The translations under genes and the position numbers were made by a program. Below the pieces are notes generated by a model, which was not told the origin of the DNA, did not search any database, and saw nothing but the letters and a program-made list of their open reading frames with translations. Of a stretch of 26,972 nt of DNA, positions 7,867 through 16,589 are shown in pieces. Position 1 is the stretch's first letter; each line of letters opens with the position of its first letter. Source of the DNA: an uncultured Solibacteraceae bacterium (lineage in GTDB: Bacteria; Acidobacteriota; Holophagae; Holophagales; Holophagaceae); assembly GCA_964415525.1 (NCBI GenBank), contig CAYQAS010000057.1, positions 1 to 26,972 of the forward strand, in the 5' to 3' direction.

Positions 7867-10431
7867 CTACGGTTCCTGGGCTGCCCAGTGCAGGGCGTTC
7901 CAGAGGAGCTTGAAGGTGCCGTCCGTCTGGGCGCGGTGCTGCACGGCGAAGCCGAAGAGAACCACCTTGCCCTTGCCGACCTCGAACGCGGCGGCGGCGG
8001 ACTTGCGCTCCAGCTGCTCGGCGCCTTTCAAATAGCCGGAGAGCAGGATGTCCCGGGCGTCTTCGGGATAGTGGGCGAGGACCGTTCGGGTGGTGTCAGG
8101 CCGGGAGGGGCTGGTCTGGAAGGCGATGCGGCTGTTCAGGAAGGCGGCGGTCTGCGGAGGCATGCCCCAGGTCACGGGATGGGAGGGCGCCACATGGACG
8201 CGCACCAGGGTGCCAGGGGCATTGAAACCTTCGGCGTCATTGGTGCGGGCCATCTCGTTTCGCGGCGTGGCCAGGGTGTTGCGGACCGGCAGGCTGAATT
8301 CCTCAATGACGAGGTCGGAGCTGGCCCCGAGGGCGACCACGGTGCCTCCGGCTTCCACGAACGCCTTGATGGCCTTGAGGCCTTCCTTGCCCATGCCGCC
8401 CGCATATTCGGCGGGGGCATCTTGGGCGCTACGGCCTTCGAGGATGGCGGACTTGGCCTGGTTGGCCAGGACGAGCACGTCCAGCCGATCCCGAAGCTTG
8501 CCCGCCTTGATCGCCTTGTTGTCGAGGCTCTCCGGCGCGAAGCCCGCCTGATCCAGCACGAAGCGCGTCCAGCCCTCATCCATGGAGGCACTGAAGGACT
8601 TGTAGAGGCCGACGCGAACGGGTTTCTGGACGGCTGTGGCAGCCTTCGGGGGCCTCGTCAGGGCCTGGGGCGCGAGACCATGGCGCTCCACCAGGGCCTT
8701 CAGCTCGGCGGTGGGTTCCAGGAGCAGGGTGCCAGCCTCATGGTGTCGACTACCGTCTTCAAAGGCATCCAGGCTCACCGTCGCCTTGCCCCCGGCCTTC
8801 AGATAGGCGTTCAGGAAGGGCGTCACGGCGTTGCTGGCGCGGTCCAGGGCATAGACCTTGGCACCCGGTTCCAGGTGGCTGACCGGTCCATCTTCGGATT
8901 TGGCAGGGCGCAAACGCTTGGCCGCGGCGTCATCCAACTGCACCGTCTGGACGTCCACACCCATGTGGAGCGGCAGGTTCCAGGCCGTCACGTCATAGGG
9001 AGCCAGGGTCGCGGCGCCGGACTGGAGGCTCACCTCTGGGTAGCGGTTGACGGTGAAAATTTCCCGCACGAAGCGGCCAAAGGGCTGGGCGGTGGGGATG
9101 AACCACGCCCGTTCGGGATCGCTCCATCGGACCTCGACACCGTGGGTTTCTAGCAGGTGCGCCAGTTTGGCCGCACTGGCGGGATCCCGCTGCTCGGATG
9201 CGATTCGCCACCAGCGGTCGGGGCTTCCCTGGGCGATGCTGTCCTCCGCCATCTGGACCTTGGACTTCAACAGGTCTGCCCGGCGCTCCGCCGCCATCTC
9301 CAGCAGGCCGTCCGAGAGGATCCGCTCGTAGTCCATGATGTCCCGCAGGCGCCAGGTGCCGCCCTTCCAGGGGTTCGGGAAGTTCACCTGGGCCTGGTAT
9401 TCCGTGAGGCCCTTGCCCATCCCGGAGAGTTCCGTGGGGTGCACGTCGATGGGCGTGGCGACACGCACACTGGCCATTTCCGAAAGGATGCCCACGGTGT
9501 TCTTGAACCACGCGGTGTTCTTGGTGCCACCGGGCCAATAGGCATCAAAGCTGAAGCCATAGCCCACGCCCGCCTTGCCCTCCTGCTCCAGGCGCAGGGC
9601 CATGAAGGAGGACAGCTGGTCGATCTGGCGCCACACGAGGGGATGGACCACGGGGCTCGCGGGGTTGGTGTAGGGCGGAATGAAGAGGCGTGGTCCCGTG
9701 GAGCCCATCTGGTGTTCGTCGAGCCAGACCTGGGGATGCCACGTCCGATAGACGGCCCGGCTCATCGCCTGGCTCTCCTTCTGAGTGAGGTTCACCCAGT
9801 CGCGGTTGTTGTCGTGGCCCACATACCAGTGATAGAGCCACGGCATGCGGCCGCCCTCGAAGGGCGTGCCGAGCTGCTTGCGGTACCAGTCCACCTCCAT
9901 GTCGTGACCGTCGGGATTGAGGCTGGGCACCAGCAGGAGGATGACGTCGTCGAGGCGCCGCTTCGTTTCCGCGTCCTGCCCCGTGGCGAGGGCGTGGGCC
10001 CATTCCATGGCCATCTGGCTGGAACCGATCTCGCTGGAGTGGATGGCGCAGGTTACCAGTACGACCGCCTTGCCCTCCTTCACCAGCTTGGCCTTTTCCG
10101 CGGCATCAAGCCCCCGGGGATCGGCCAGCTTCCGGGCGATCTCCTGGTAACGGGCCTTCTGCTTCAGGTTCTCGGGGCTGGAGATCACTGCCATCAGCAG
10201 ATCGCGGCCCTGGGTGGTCTTGCCAAGGTTGTCGATTTCCACGCGGGAACTGCGTTTGGCCAGTTCCTGGAAGTAGCGCGTGATCTGTCCGTAGTCCGCC
10301 AGCACCCGGTCTGCGCCGACCTGGATCCCCAGGAACTGGGAGGGCCCGGGGACGGTCTGGGCTTGGAGGCTGACCAGCGCTGGGGCCGCGAGGGCCAGGG
10401 CCAGGGCCAGGGATGGTAGGACGCGGGGCAT
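7867..10431 (-). CDS. Secreted M14-family zinc carboxypeptidase with a large C-terminal extension (probably DJ-1/PfpI-like), 854 aa
   Basis: The signal peptide is MPRVLPSLALALALAAPALVSLQAQ. M14 motifs are present (HSSE.., NPDG, H..NNRDW) and the C-terminal region contains ..FVEAGGTVVALG... A GGAGG RBS is present. Confidence 0.8.
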   Translation of the reverse strand: MPRVLPSLALALALAAPALVSLQAQTVPGPSQFLGIQVGADRVLADYGQITRYFQELAKRSSRVEIDNLGKTTQGRDLLMAVISSPENLKQKARYQEIARKLADPRGLDAAEKAKLVKEGKAVVLVTCAIHSSEIGSSQMAMEWAHALATGQDAETKRRLDDVILLLVPSLNPDGHDMEVDWYRKQLGTPFEGGRMPWLYHWYVGHDNNRDWVNLTQKESQAMSRAVYRTWHPQVWLDEHQMGSTGPRLFIPPYTNPASPVVHPLVWRQIDQLSSFMALRLEQEGKAGVGYGFSFDAYWPGGTKNTAWFKNTVGILSEMASVRVATPIDVHPTELSGMGKGLTEYQAQVNFPNPWKGGTWRLRDIMDYERILSDGLLEMAAERRADLLKSKVQMAEDSIAQGSPDRWWRIASEQRDPASAAKLAHLLETHGVEVRWSDPERAWFIPTAQPFGRFVREIFTVNRYPEVSLQSGAATLAPYDVTAWNLPLHMGVDVQTVQLDDAAAKRLRPAKSEDGPVSHLEPGAKVYALDRASNAVTPFLNAYLKAGGKATVSLDAFEDGSRHHEAGTLLLEPTAELKALVERHGLAPQALTRPPKAATAVQKPVRVGLYKSFSASMDEGWTRFVLDQAGFAPESLDNKAIKAGKLRDRLDVLVLANQAKSAILEGRSAQDAPAEYAGGMGKEGLKAIKAFVEAGGTVVALGASSDLVIEEFSLPVRNTLATPRNEMARTNDAEGFNAPGTLVRVHVAPSHPVTWGMPPQTAAFLNSRIAFQTSPSRPDTTRTVLAHYPEDARDILLSGYLKGAEQLERKSAAAAFEVGKGKVVLFGFAVQHRAQTDGTFKLLWNALHWAAQEP

Positions 10432-10625
10432 GGAACCTCCGGGAGTGGGGCCAGTCTACGGGGAAAGGCCTCGCATGGCGATGCATTGGTGGCGCAGCCC
10501 ACCATCCAGCGCGATCCGATGCGAGCTGAACGCGCTCCATAAACGGATCAGCGGAGGTTCTCGACGGCGAGGGCCCGCCCGGTTGAACTGGCAGACTGAG
10601 AACCACTCATCTCCGAAAGGCACCC

Positions 10626-12950
10626 ATGGAACCCCAGCCTCACCTGATCCTCTACGGAATCGGCGGCCTTGTGCTGCTGACCATCCTCCTCAAGTCCTTC
10701 ACCATCGCCCGAGGCAACCAGATCATCCTGCTGGAGCGCCGCTGGTTCGGAAAGCAGATGCCCGATGGCCGCACCGTCGCGCTGAGCAACGAAGTCGGCG
10801 TTCAGGCCCGGGTGCTCGGCCCCGGCTTCCACCTCCTGTTCCCCTTCATCTACCGCGTGATGAAGAAGGATTTCTGCGTCATCCAGGAGAACAAGGTGGG
10901 CGTGGTGCGCGCCGTGGCCGGAGCGCCGATCCCCAGTGGACAGTTCATGGCCAAGGCCGTGGAGTGCGACCTCTTCCAGGACGGCGAGGCCTTCCTCCGC
11001 AACGGCGGCGAGAAGGGGCCGCAGCTGGGGATCCTCCCGGAAGGCGAATACAAGATCAATCCGCATCTCTTCGAAGTGGAAATGGTCGACGCCACGATGA
11101 TTCACGACGACGAAGTGGGTACGGTGGAGTCCATCGCGGGCCAGCCCGTGACGCGGGAAGGCGGCAACTTCGGGTCTCCCGTGCCCTGTGACAGTTTCCA
11201 GGATGCCCAGGCCTTCATCCGCAACGGCGGCCAGAAGGGCCCCCAGATCGCCTTCCTGCAGCCGGGCTACTACCGCATCAATACGCTGATGTTCAAGGTC
11301 CAGAAGCGGCCCATCACCCGCATTCCCGGCGGCAAGATGGGGCTCGTGGAGGCCGCGGACGGTGGTCGCGTACCGGACGGTCGTCTGTTGGCGGCGAAGG
11401 TGCCGGGCCACGGCAATTTCTTTGACGGTCAGGCCTTCATCCAGAACGGCGGCGAGCGGGGGCGGCAGCTGGAAGTGCTGATGCCCGGTGTCTACCGCCT
11501 GAATCCCGTGCTCTTCAAGGTGATTGACATCGTGGACTGGACCCACATCGGGCCGGACGAGGTGGGCATCGTCACCATCAACGAGGGCCGGCCCATCGTG
11601 GATCCCTCCAAGATCGCGGCCGAGGAACTGCCTCTCGACACCCACGACAACTTCCAGAATGCTGACGCGTTCCTGAAGGCCGGTGGTCAGAAGGGTCTGC
11701 AGATCCCAGTCCTGCGCGCCGGCAACTATGCCGTCAATCCTTGGTTCGCCAGCATCGAGCGGGTGGACATGATCCGCGTGGACATCGGGAACTGCGGCGT
11801 GGTGACGAGCTACGTGGGCGGCGAAGGCGCCGACCTCACGGATGACGCGGTGAATGCCAAGATCGTGGCCAACGGCAGCAAGGGCATCTGGGCCGACCCG
11901 CTCCAGCCCGGCAAACACCCACTGAATACCAAGATCTGCAAGGTGGACATCGTGCCCACCACCCAGATCCTCCTGAACTGGGCGGACAACCGTTCCAGCG
12001 CCCACGAGCTGGACTCCAACCTCAAGACCATCACCCTGCGCACCGCCGACGCCTTCAACGTGAACATGGACGTGAGCGTCATCATCCACATCCCCATGAA
12101 GAACGCCCCCAAGGTGATCGCCAACCTCGGCACCGTGCGCAACATGATCAGCCAGGTGCTGGAACCCGCCATCAGCAGCCACTTCCGCAACTCTGCCCAG
12201 TACATCCAGGCCCTCGACCTCTACACCCAGCGCCGGGAGCTGCAGGACAAGGCCAAGCAGCACATCGACGCGGTGCTGCGGGTGCACCACATCGACTCCA
12301 AGGACACGCTCATCGCGGATGTCGTGCTACCGCCTGAGCTGACGAAGACCGTGACTGACCGTCAGATTGCGGAGCAGGAGAAGAAGACCTTCGCGACGCA
12401 GAAGGAGGCCCAGGATGAGCGGCGCAACCTGGAGAACGCCAAGGCCCAGGCCAACATGCAGCCGAAGGTGGTGGAATCGGAGCGGAACGTCGAGATCCAG
12501 AAGAACCTGGCCGAAGGCCGGATCAAGGAGGCTGAAGGCTCCAAGCAGGCGGCCATCCTGATGGCGGAAGGCCAAGCCACCGCCGTGAAGCTGGAAGCGG
12601 GCGGCAAGGCCGAGGCCACCAAGGTCAACGCCGATGCGGATTCCCTGGCCATTCAGAAGGTGGGCACCGCCGAGGCAGAGATCATCCTGGCCAAGGGCAC
12701 CAGCACCGCGGAGGCCTACAAGCTGGAGGTGGCTGCCATGGGTCGCGACGTCTTCGGCCAGATCCGCGTCATCGATAAGATCGCCGGCAGCGACCTGAAG
12801 CTGATCCCCGACAACCTGATCCTCGGTGGCGGCGGTTCGGGCAGCGATGGCGCGGGCCTCATGAACGGCCTTTTCGGCATCGCCCTGCTGGAGAAGCTCA
12901 CGGGACGCACCTTCGCCGTTCACGAGACGACGGAAGCTCCCAAGGCCTGA
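10626..12950 (+). CDS. Flotillin/SPFH (band-7) family membrane-microdomain protein, 774 aa, with an internal tandem-repeat expansion and a C-terminal EA-rich coiled coil
   Basis: It has an N-terminal hydrophobic hairpin (LILYGIGGLVLLTILL) and an SPFH core (..TLRTADAFNVNMDVSVIIHI..). The coiled coil carries AEAE/EA repeats typical of flotillins (KVGTAEAEIILAKGTSTAEAYKLE). Five to six repeats of a ~75-aa module map to nt ~10971-11966. Confidence 0.8.
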   Translation: MEPQPHLILYGIGGLVLLTILLKSFTIARGNQIILLERRWFGKQMPDGRTVALSNEVGVQARVLGPGFHLLFPFIYRVMKKDFCVIQENKVGVVRAVAGAPIPSGQFMAKAVECDLFQDGEAFLRNGGEKGPQLGILPEGEYKINPHLFEVEMVDATMIHDDEVGTVESIAGQPVTREGGNFGSPVPCDSFQDAQAFIRNGGQKGPQIAFLQPGYYRINTLMFKVQKRPITRIPGGKMGLVEAADGGRVPDGRLLAAKVPGHGNFFDGQAFIQNGGERGRQLEVLMPGVYRLNPVLFKVIDIVDWTHIGPDEVGIVTINEGRPIVDPSKIAAEELPLDTHDNFQNADAFLKAGGQKGLQIPVLRAGNYAVNPWFASIERVDMIRVDIGNCGVVTSYVGGEGADLTDDAVNAKIVANGSKGIWADPLQPGKHPLNTKICKVDIVPTTQILLNWADNRSSAHELDSNLKTITLRTADAFNVNMDVSVIIHIPMKNAPKVIANLGTVRNMISQVLEPAISSHFRNSAQYIQALDLYTQRRELQDKAKQHIDAVLRVHHIDSKDTLIADVVLPPELTKTVTDRQIAEQEKKTFATQKEAQDERRNLENAKAQANMQPKVVESERNVEIQKNLAEGRIKEAEGSKQAAILMAEGQATAVKLEAGGKAEATKVNADADSLAIQKVGTAEAEIILAKGTSTAEAYKLEVAAMGRDVFGQIRVIDKIAGSDLKLIPDNLILGGGGSGSDGAGLMNGLFGIALLEKLTGRTFAVHETTEAPKA
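10971..11966 (+). repeat. Protein-level tandem repeats inside the flotillin gene: 5-6 copies of a ~75-aa module F-x-[DN]-x-x-A-F-[IL]-x-N-G-G-x-[KR]-G-x-Q...P-G-x-Y-x-[IL]-N-P-x-x-F-x-V
   Basis: Repeat cores read directly from the translation: FQDGEAFLRNGGEKGPQLGILPEGEYKINPHLFEV; FQDAQAFIRNGGQKGPQIAFLQPGYYRINTLMFKV; FFDGQAFIQNGGERGRQLEVLMPGVYRLNPVLFKV; FQNADAFLKAGGQKGLQIPVLRAGNYAVNPWFASI; and a degenerate NGSKGIWADPLQPGKHPLNTKICKV. Confidence 0.7.
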
Positions 12951-12961
12951 TTTGGGGCTTC

Positions 12962-13003
12962 ATGCAGAAAAGCCAGGACCTGCGGGTCCTGGCTTTTCTG
13001 CAT
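12962..13003. terminator. Strong hairpin between the convergent flotillin (+) and PilZ (-) genes, probably a bidirectional terminator
   Basis: ATGCAGAAAAGCCAGGAC-ctgcgg-GTCCTGGCTTTTCTGCAT forms a perfect 18-bp stem. A/T runs lie inside the stem rather than in a trailing U-tract. Confidence 0.5.
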
Positions 13004-13012
13004 GAGGGGCCG

Positions 13013-13378
13013 TCAGGCGTGCAGGGCGGGGTGCATCAGGCTCTGCACGAGGTGAGAGAGGCGTTCCTGAAAGTCAGAGGGGAGTTCCACGAACTCGAGG
13101 CCGATGGACACGGGATCGTGACCTGTGGTGTAGGCAATCCGGGCCTGGACGGGCTGGTGGGGCAGCATGGGGTGTTCCAGCACGAGGTGGTCCAGCAGGG
13201 TGGAGCGCTCCAGCACATCCATCAGCTGCAGCATCGCCTCTGGCGCCTGGAATCCGCATCCTCCCGCACCCAGCATGGTGACCGGCAGTCCGGTGAAACG
13301 GTGTCCGCCGAAGTGGAACCCGACCTGGATGTGGATCCCGGCCTCTGCGCGCGGGTACTTGCGGAACTCCTGAAGCAT
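13013..13378 (-). CDS. Single-domain PilZ (c-di-GMP-binding) protein, 121 aa
   Basis: An N-terminal RxxxR motif (FRKYPR) is followed by a hydrophobic beta region with a DxSxGG-like segment (PVTMLGAGGCGF). The C-terminus (GHDPVSIGLEFVELPSDFQERLSHLV) is PilZ-like. The amino-acid composition is protein-like rather than a GC-frame artefact. Confidence 0.5.
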   Translation of the reverse strand: MLQEFRKYPRAEAGIHIQVGFHFGGHRFTGLPVTMLGAGGCGFQAPEAMLQLMDVLERSTLLDHLVLEHPMLPHQPVQARIAYTTGHDPVSIGLEFVELPSDFQERLSHLVQSLMHPALHA

Positions 13379-13477
13379 CCGGGCCTCCTGTGCCGGTCAT
13401 TCTGCCCGCAGTTCGAGCCGTTCGCGACCGGCATCCTGCTCGAGGGGGTCTTGAAATTTCCGGGTCGAGATCCTCAG

Positions 13478-14887
13478 ATGGTTTTGAACCCTCCCCCCGG
13501 TGTCTGTTTGAACCTGCTCTCCACATTCGTCTTCGACACGGAAGGCCTCTCCCGGGCGACGCCGGAGGCCTTGGCAGAAGTCCAGCTGCGGCGGATCAAT
13601 GAGCTGGTGGCCTATGCGCGCCGCCACGCCCCATTCTACGAACGCCGGTATCGCGGTCTTCCCGAGGTCATCAGGGATGTTCGCGAGTTGCCACCTGTCA
13701 CCAAGCGGGAGCTGATGGCGAACTTCGACGAGGTGGTGACGGACCCTGCGGTGCGCGAGATCGAGGTGCGTCGGCATTTGGCAGACGTAACCCAGGTGGG
13801 ACATCCCTTCCTCGGGAAATACATGCTCTGGCGGAGCTCCGGCACCACAGGCTCGCCCTGTCTGACGTTGGCGGACTCCCATTGGGAAGCGGCCACCACC
13901 GCACTGAACGTGGTACGCCTCGCTCAGGCTTGGTACACGCCCGATGTCGTGCGCCGAATGCAGGCGCTGGGCGGGCTTCGGGTGTCCATCTTCACGGATA
14001 AGGCGCACTCCATGGGCGGGACGCAGCTCAGCCGCCAGCGCCGAACGAACCCGCAGACGGCGCGGTGCCTCCGCCTGGTTCCCATCACGCTCCCCATCCC
14101 GGAGATGGTAGAGACGCTGAATGAACTCCAGCCCGCCAGTCTCACCGGTTACGCCGCAGCCCTGGAGATCCTGGCGCTGGAGCAGTTGGCGGGTCGACTC
14201 TGCATCCGACCGGCTGTGGTGGTGAGTACAGGTGAGCTTTTACGGCCCCAAGCCAGGGCTCGCATGCTGGAAGCTTTCGGCATTCCGCCTCGCAACCTCT
14301 ACGGGACGACGGAGGCGGGGCTCATCGGCTACGAGTGTGCCTTGGGCCATCTGCACCTGAATGCCGACTGGACGCTCTTCGAGCCCGTGAGCGTGGCACA
14401 CCACCCCTCGGTATCTGGGGAGATGTCGGAGCGTGTGCTGGTCACCAACCTCGCCAACCGCATCCTTCCGGTGATCCGGTGCGAGCTGACAGATCGTGCC
14501 CGAATCCTGCCTGGGCGCTGCGCCTGTGGGCTCACACTGCCTCTGCTCGAGGTGTCAGGCCGCGCGGATGACATTCTCCTCGTTCCTGGGATTGCGGGCG
14601 GGCAGGTGCCCCTTCTGCCCCTGGCACTGGCGGCGGCGCTTCAGCAGACCCTCGGGATCGCCCGCTTCCAGGTGATCCAGACGGCGCCCGCGCAACTGCG
14701 CATCCGCCTGCTCCACCGGGATCCTGCGGAGGCCGATGCGAACTGGGCGGCTTCGGTTCGGAACATGCGGCAGATGCTGGAGGAGCATCGTGCTGCGCCC
14801 GTCGATTTGGTGCGGGCTGAGGAGCCCCCAGAGTGTGATCCCGTGAGTGGCAAGTTCCGGGAGGCCTGGTCGGTCCTCGTCCGCTGA
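13478..14887 (+). CDS. PaaK/coenzyme-F390-synthetase-like adenylate-forming enzyme (phenylacetate-CoA-ligase family)
   Basis: It has the WRSSGTTGSP P-loop motif and the YGTTE motif (NLYGTTEAG) of the PaaK/CapK/F390-synthetase family. I chose the start at ATG 13478, which is in frame with the track ORF and downstream of the PilZ gene. The upstream part of the track ORF overlaps the PilZ gene and is discarded. Confidence 0.7.
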   Translation: MVLNPPPGVCLNLLSTFVFDTEGLSRATPEALAEVQLRRINELVAYARRHAPFYERRYRGLPEVIRDVRELPPVTKRELMANFDEVVTDPAVREIEVRRHLADVTQVGHPFLGKYMLWRSSGTTGSPCLTLADSHWEAATTALNVVRLAQAWYTPDVVRRMQALGGLRVSIFTDKAHSMGGTQLSRQRRTNPQTARCLRLVPITLPIPEMVETLNELQPASLTGYAAALEILALEQLAGRLCIRPAVVVSTGELLRPQARARMLEAFGIPPRNLYGTTEAGLIGYECALGHLHLNADWTLFEPVSVAHHPSVSGEMSERVLVTNLANRILPVIRCELTDRARILPGRCACGLTLPLLEVSGRADDILLVPGIAGGQVPLLPLALAAALQQTLGIARFQVIQTAPAQLRIRLLHRDPAEADANWAASVRNMRQMLEEHRAAPVDLVRAEEPPECDPVSGKFREAWSVLVR

Positions 14888-14923
14888 GGGCGGCCGTGGG
14901 CGATACTGGGGGCGGAGCCCGCC

Positions 14924-15508
14924 ATGTCCAAGACCAGCTTTCCCTCCACCCCCGCCATCCGCGTGCTGAAGGCCGCGGGTGTGCCCTTCACGGAGCATCT
15001 CTACCGCTACGAGGAGAAGGGCGGCACCGCCGTCTCCGCACGGGAGCTCGGTGTGGACGAGCACTGCGTGCTCAAGACGCTGGTGATGGAGGACGACAAG
15101 GGCGGGCCGCTCATCATCCTCCAGCACGGGGATCGCGAAGTGAGCACCAAGGCCCTGGCCCGGCAGGTGGGCGCCCGCAGCATCCAGATCTGCAAGCCCG
15201 AAGTCGCCAACAAGCACAGCGGCTACCTCGTGGGCGGCACCAGCCCCTTCGGCACGAAGAAGGCCATGAAGGTGCATCTGGAGCGCAGCGTTCTGGAGCT
15301 GGAAAAGGTCTACCTGAACGGCGGCAGCAGGGGATTCCTGGTGTGCATGGCGCCTGCGGATCTCGTGAAGGTGCTTGATCCCGTGCTCGTGGATGTGGCG
15401 GGAGAGTCGCTCAGCCCTTCTTGGGACTGGTCTCCTTGGCCCCCTTGGGCACGGGCACGGGCCGACGGAAAGGCTTGTAGTTCGAGAGGTCGGGAGCCGT
15501 GTGGATGA
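14924..15508 (+). CDS. ybaK: Cys-tRNA(Pro)/Cys-tRNA(Cys) deacylase YbaK. It carries a ~35-aa C-terminal extension with no close in-frame stop.
   Basis: The YbaK/ProX deacylase domain is recognisable (..LKTLVMEDDKGGPLIILQHGDREVSTKALARQVG...GYLVGGTSPFGTKK..VYLNGGSRGFLV). The reading frame runs 98 nt into the convergent downstream gene. Confidence 0.7.
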   Translation: MSKTSFPSTPAIRVLKAAGVPFTEHLYRYEEKGGTAVSARELGVDEHCVLKTLVMEDDKGGPLIILQHGDREVSTKALARQVGARSIQICKPEVANKHSGYLVGGTSPFGTKKAMKVHLERSVLELEKVYLNGGSRGFLVCMAPADLVKVLDPVLVDVAGESLSPSWDWSPWPPWARARADGKACSSRGREPCG

Positions 15509-16589
15509 CGCGGTCCTCCTCGTCCACCACCCAATAGAAGTCCTCGTCGGCCTTGTCGCGCACGGAGAGTGCCCCGGGAGGGGCCGTTTCGAGGCGCTTC
15601 ACGGTGCCCGTGGAAGGCTTCACGGTGAACCAGGTGACGAAGGGGAAGGTTGTGCGGATCTCCGTCTCGCGTACCGCATAGACACGACCATAGTTCTCGA
15701 AGGCTTCGGGAGGGTTTCCGCGGTTGGGCGCGATCTTGCGCATGTCCGCCCAGAAGGTCTGGCGCGCCTTCAACAGATCGGGCAGCTGGTCCGCGTGCAG
15801 CGAGCTCACCAGGAGATCGCCATCCTTCAGGGGCTGGAAGTTCAGGACCGTCACCAGGCCTTCTTTGGCTTCCACCATGCGCTTCGTGACCTCTTCGCCG
15901 AAGAGCTGCGCCGTGCGCCGTAGGGCGCCGTTCTCGAGGCTGAAGATCCAGAAGACACCGTAGTGCGGCGAGGCGAGGACGAGGTGGTCCTCCGTGAGGG
16001 TCAGGGCGTGGGGTTGGAGAGCGACGTTCTTCAGCACTGGGTGGTTTTGGAAGGGCAGAGGGGTGAAGCTGCCCGACTCCAGGTGCTCCAGGGCACCCTT
16101 GTCGTTGAGGCGGTAGGTGGCGAAGGGCGCCGCGACGTGCTTCTTTGTCTCCTCCTCGGTGGGCGGTGGCCCCAGCACCAGGAACCGACCGTTCTTCAGC
16201 GGAACGAGGGTGGGCAGGAAGCCTTTCATTGCGGTGGCGGGCAGCAGCGCGATGGGCGTCCAGCCTTCGAGCTTGCGCTCGAACAGCGTCGTGCCTTTCT
16301 CGTTCCGGACGTTCACATAGAGTACCGTTCCGATGGCAAAGGGCTTCTGGTCGCCGGGGCCCTTGAGCAGGTCCACCTCGGAGGCTCCGGAAGGCGCGGC
16401 GGAAGTGCCCGGCCGGGGCACAGTCGTCACGCCCTCCCGGCCCAGCATGCGGATCTCGGAGGCGTTCGAAGCCACCAAAAGTTGGTCACCCACCCATTGG
16501 CCGATGGGGTTGACGAAAACTTCCGGGGGATCCGCCAGCATCGGCAAAACCGAGAGGGCGAGGCAGGCGAGGAGGGCGGGACACAACAT
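15411..16589 (-). CDS. Secreted protein of unknown function, 392 aa, with a signal peptide
   Basis: The signal peptide is MLCPALLACLALSVLPMLA. It is a long ORF with ordinary protein composition. I recognise no family motif. It lies directly downstream of the small secreted-peptide gene on the same strand. Confidence 0.6.
   Translation of the reverse strand: MLCPALLACLALSVLPMLADPPEVFVNPIGQWVGDQLLVASNASEIRMLGREGVTTVPRPGTSAAPSGASEVDLLKGPGDQKPFAIGTVLYVNVRNEKGTTLFERKLEGWTPIALLPATAMKGFLPTLVPLKNGRFLVLGPPPTEEETKKHVAAPFATYRLNDKGALEHLESGSFTPLPFQNHPVLKNVALQPHALTLTEDHLVLASPHYGVFWIFSLENGALRRTAQLFGEEVTKRMVEAKEGLVTVLNFQPLKDGDLLVSSLHADQLPDLLKARQTFWADMRKIAPNRGNPPEAFENYGRVYAVRETEIRTTFPFVTWFTVKPSTGTVKRLETAPPGALSVRDKADEDFYWVVDEEDRVIHTAPDLSNYKPFRRPVPVPKGAKETSPKKG

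Noticed and set aside
5207-7913. Several long + strand ORFs (5207-6505, 5722-6735, 6645-7913) and a - strand ORF (5271-5795)
   Set aside because: All are antisense to or overlapping the hemA-hemC-hemD operon, and their translations are Arg/Gly/Pro/Ala-rich. I treat them as non-coding.
7777-10419. + strand ORFs 7777-9153 and 9157-10419, and - strand ORFs 8172-8591 and 8993-9538
   Set aside because: They overlap the M14 peptidase gene on the opposite strand or in an alternate frame, and have low-complexity translations.
10548-12290. 580-aa - strand ORF
   Set aside because: It is antisense to the flotillin gene. It is rich in Gly/Asp/His/Val with no motifs.
12962-13477. Upstream extension of the PaaK-like ORF in the track
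   Set aside because: This segment translates to low-complexity sequence and completely overlaps the opposite-strand PilZ-like gene, whose translation looks like a real folded protein. I chose the internal in-frame ATG at 13478 as the ligase start.
14555-15277. 240-aa - strand ORF
   Set aside because: It overlaps the 3' end of the ligase gene and ybaK in antisense. It is Gly/Arg/Ala-rich with no signal or motif.
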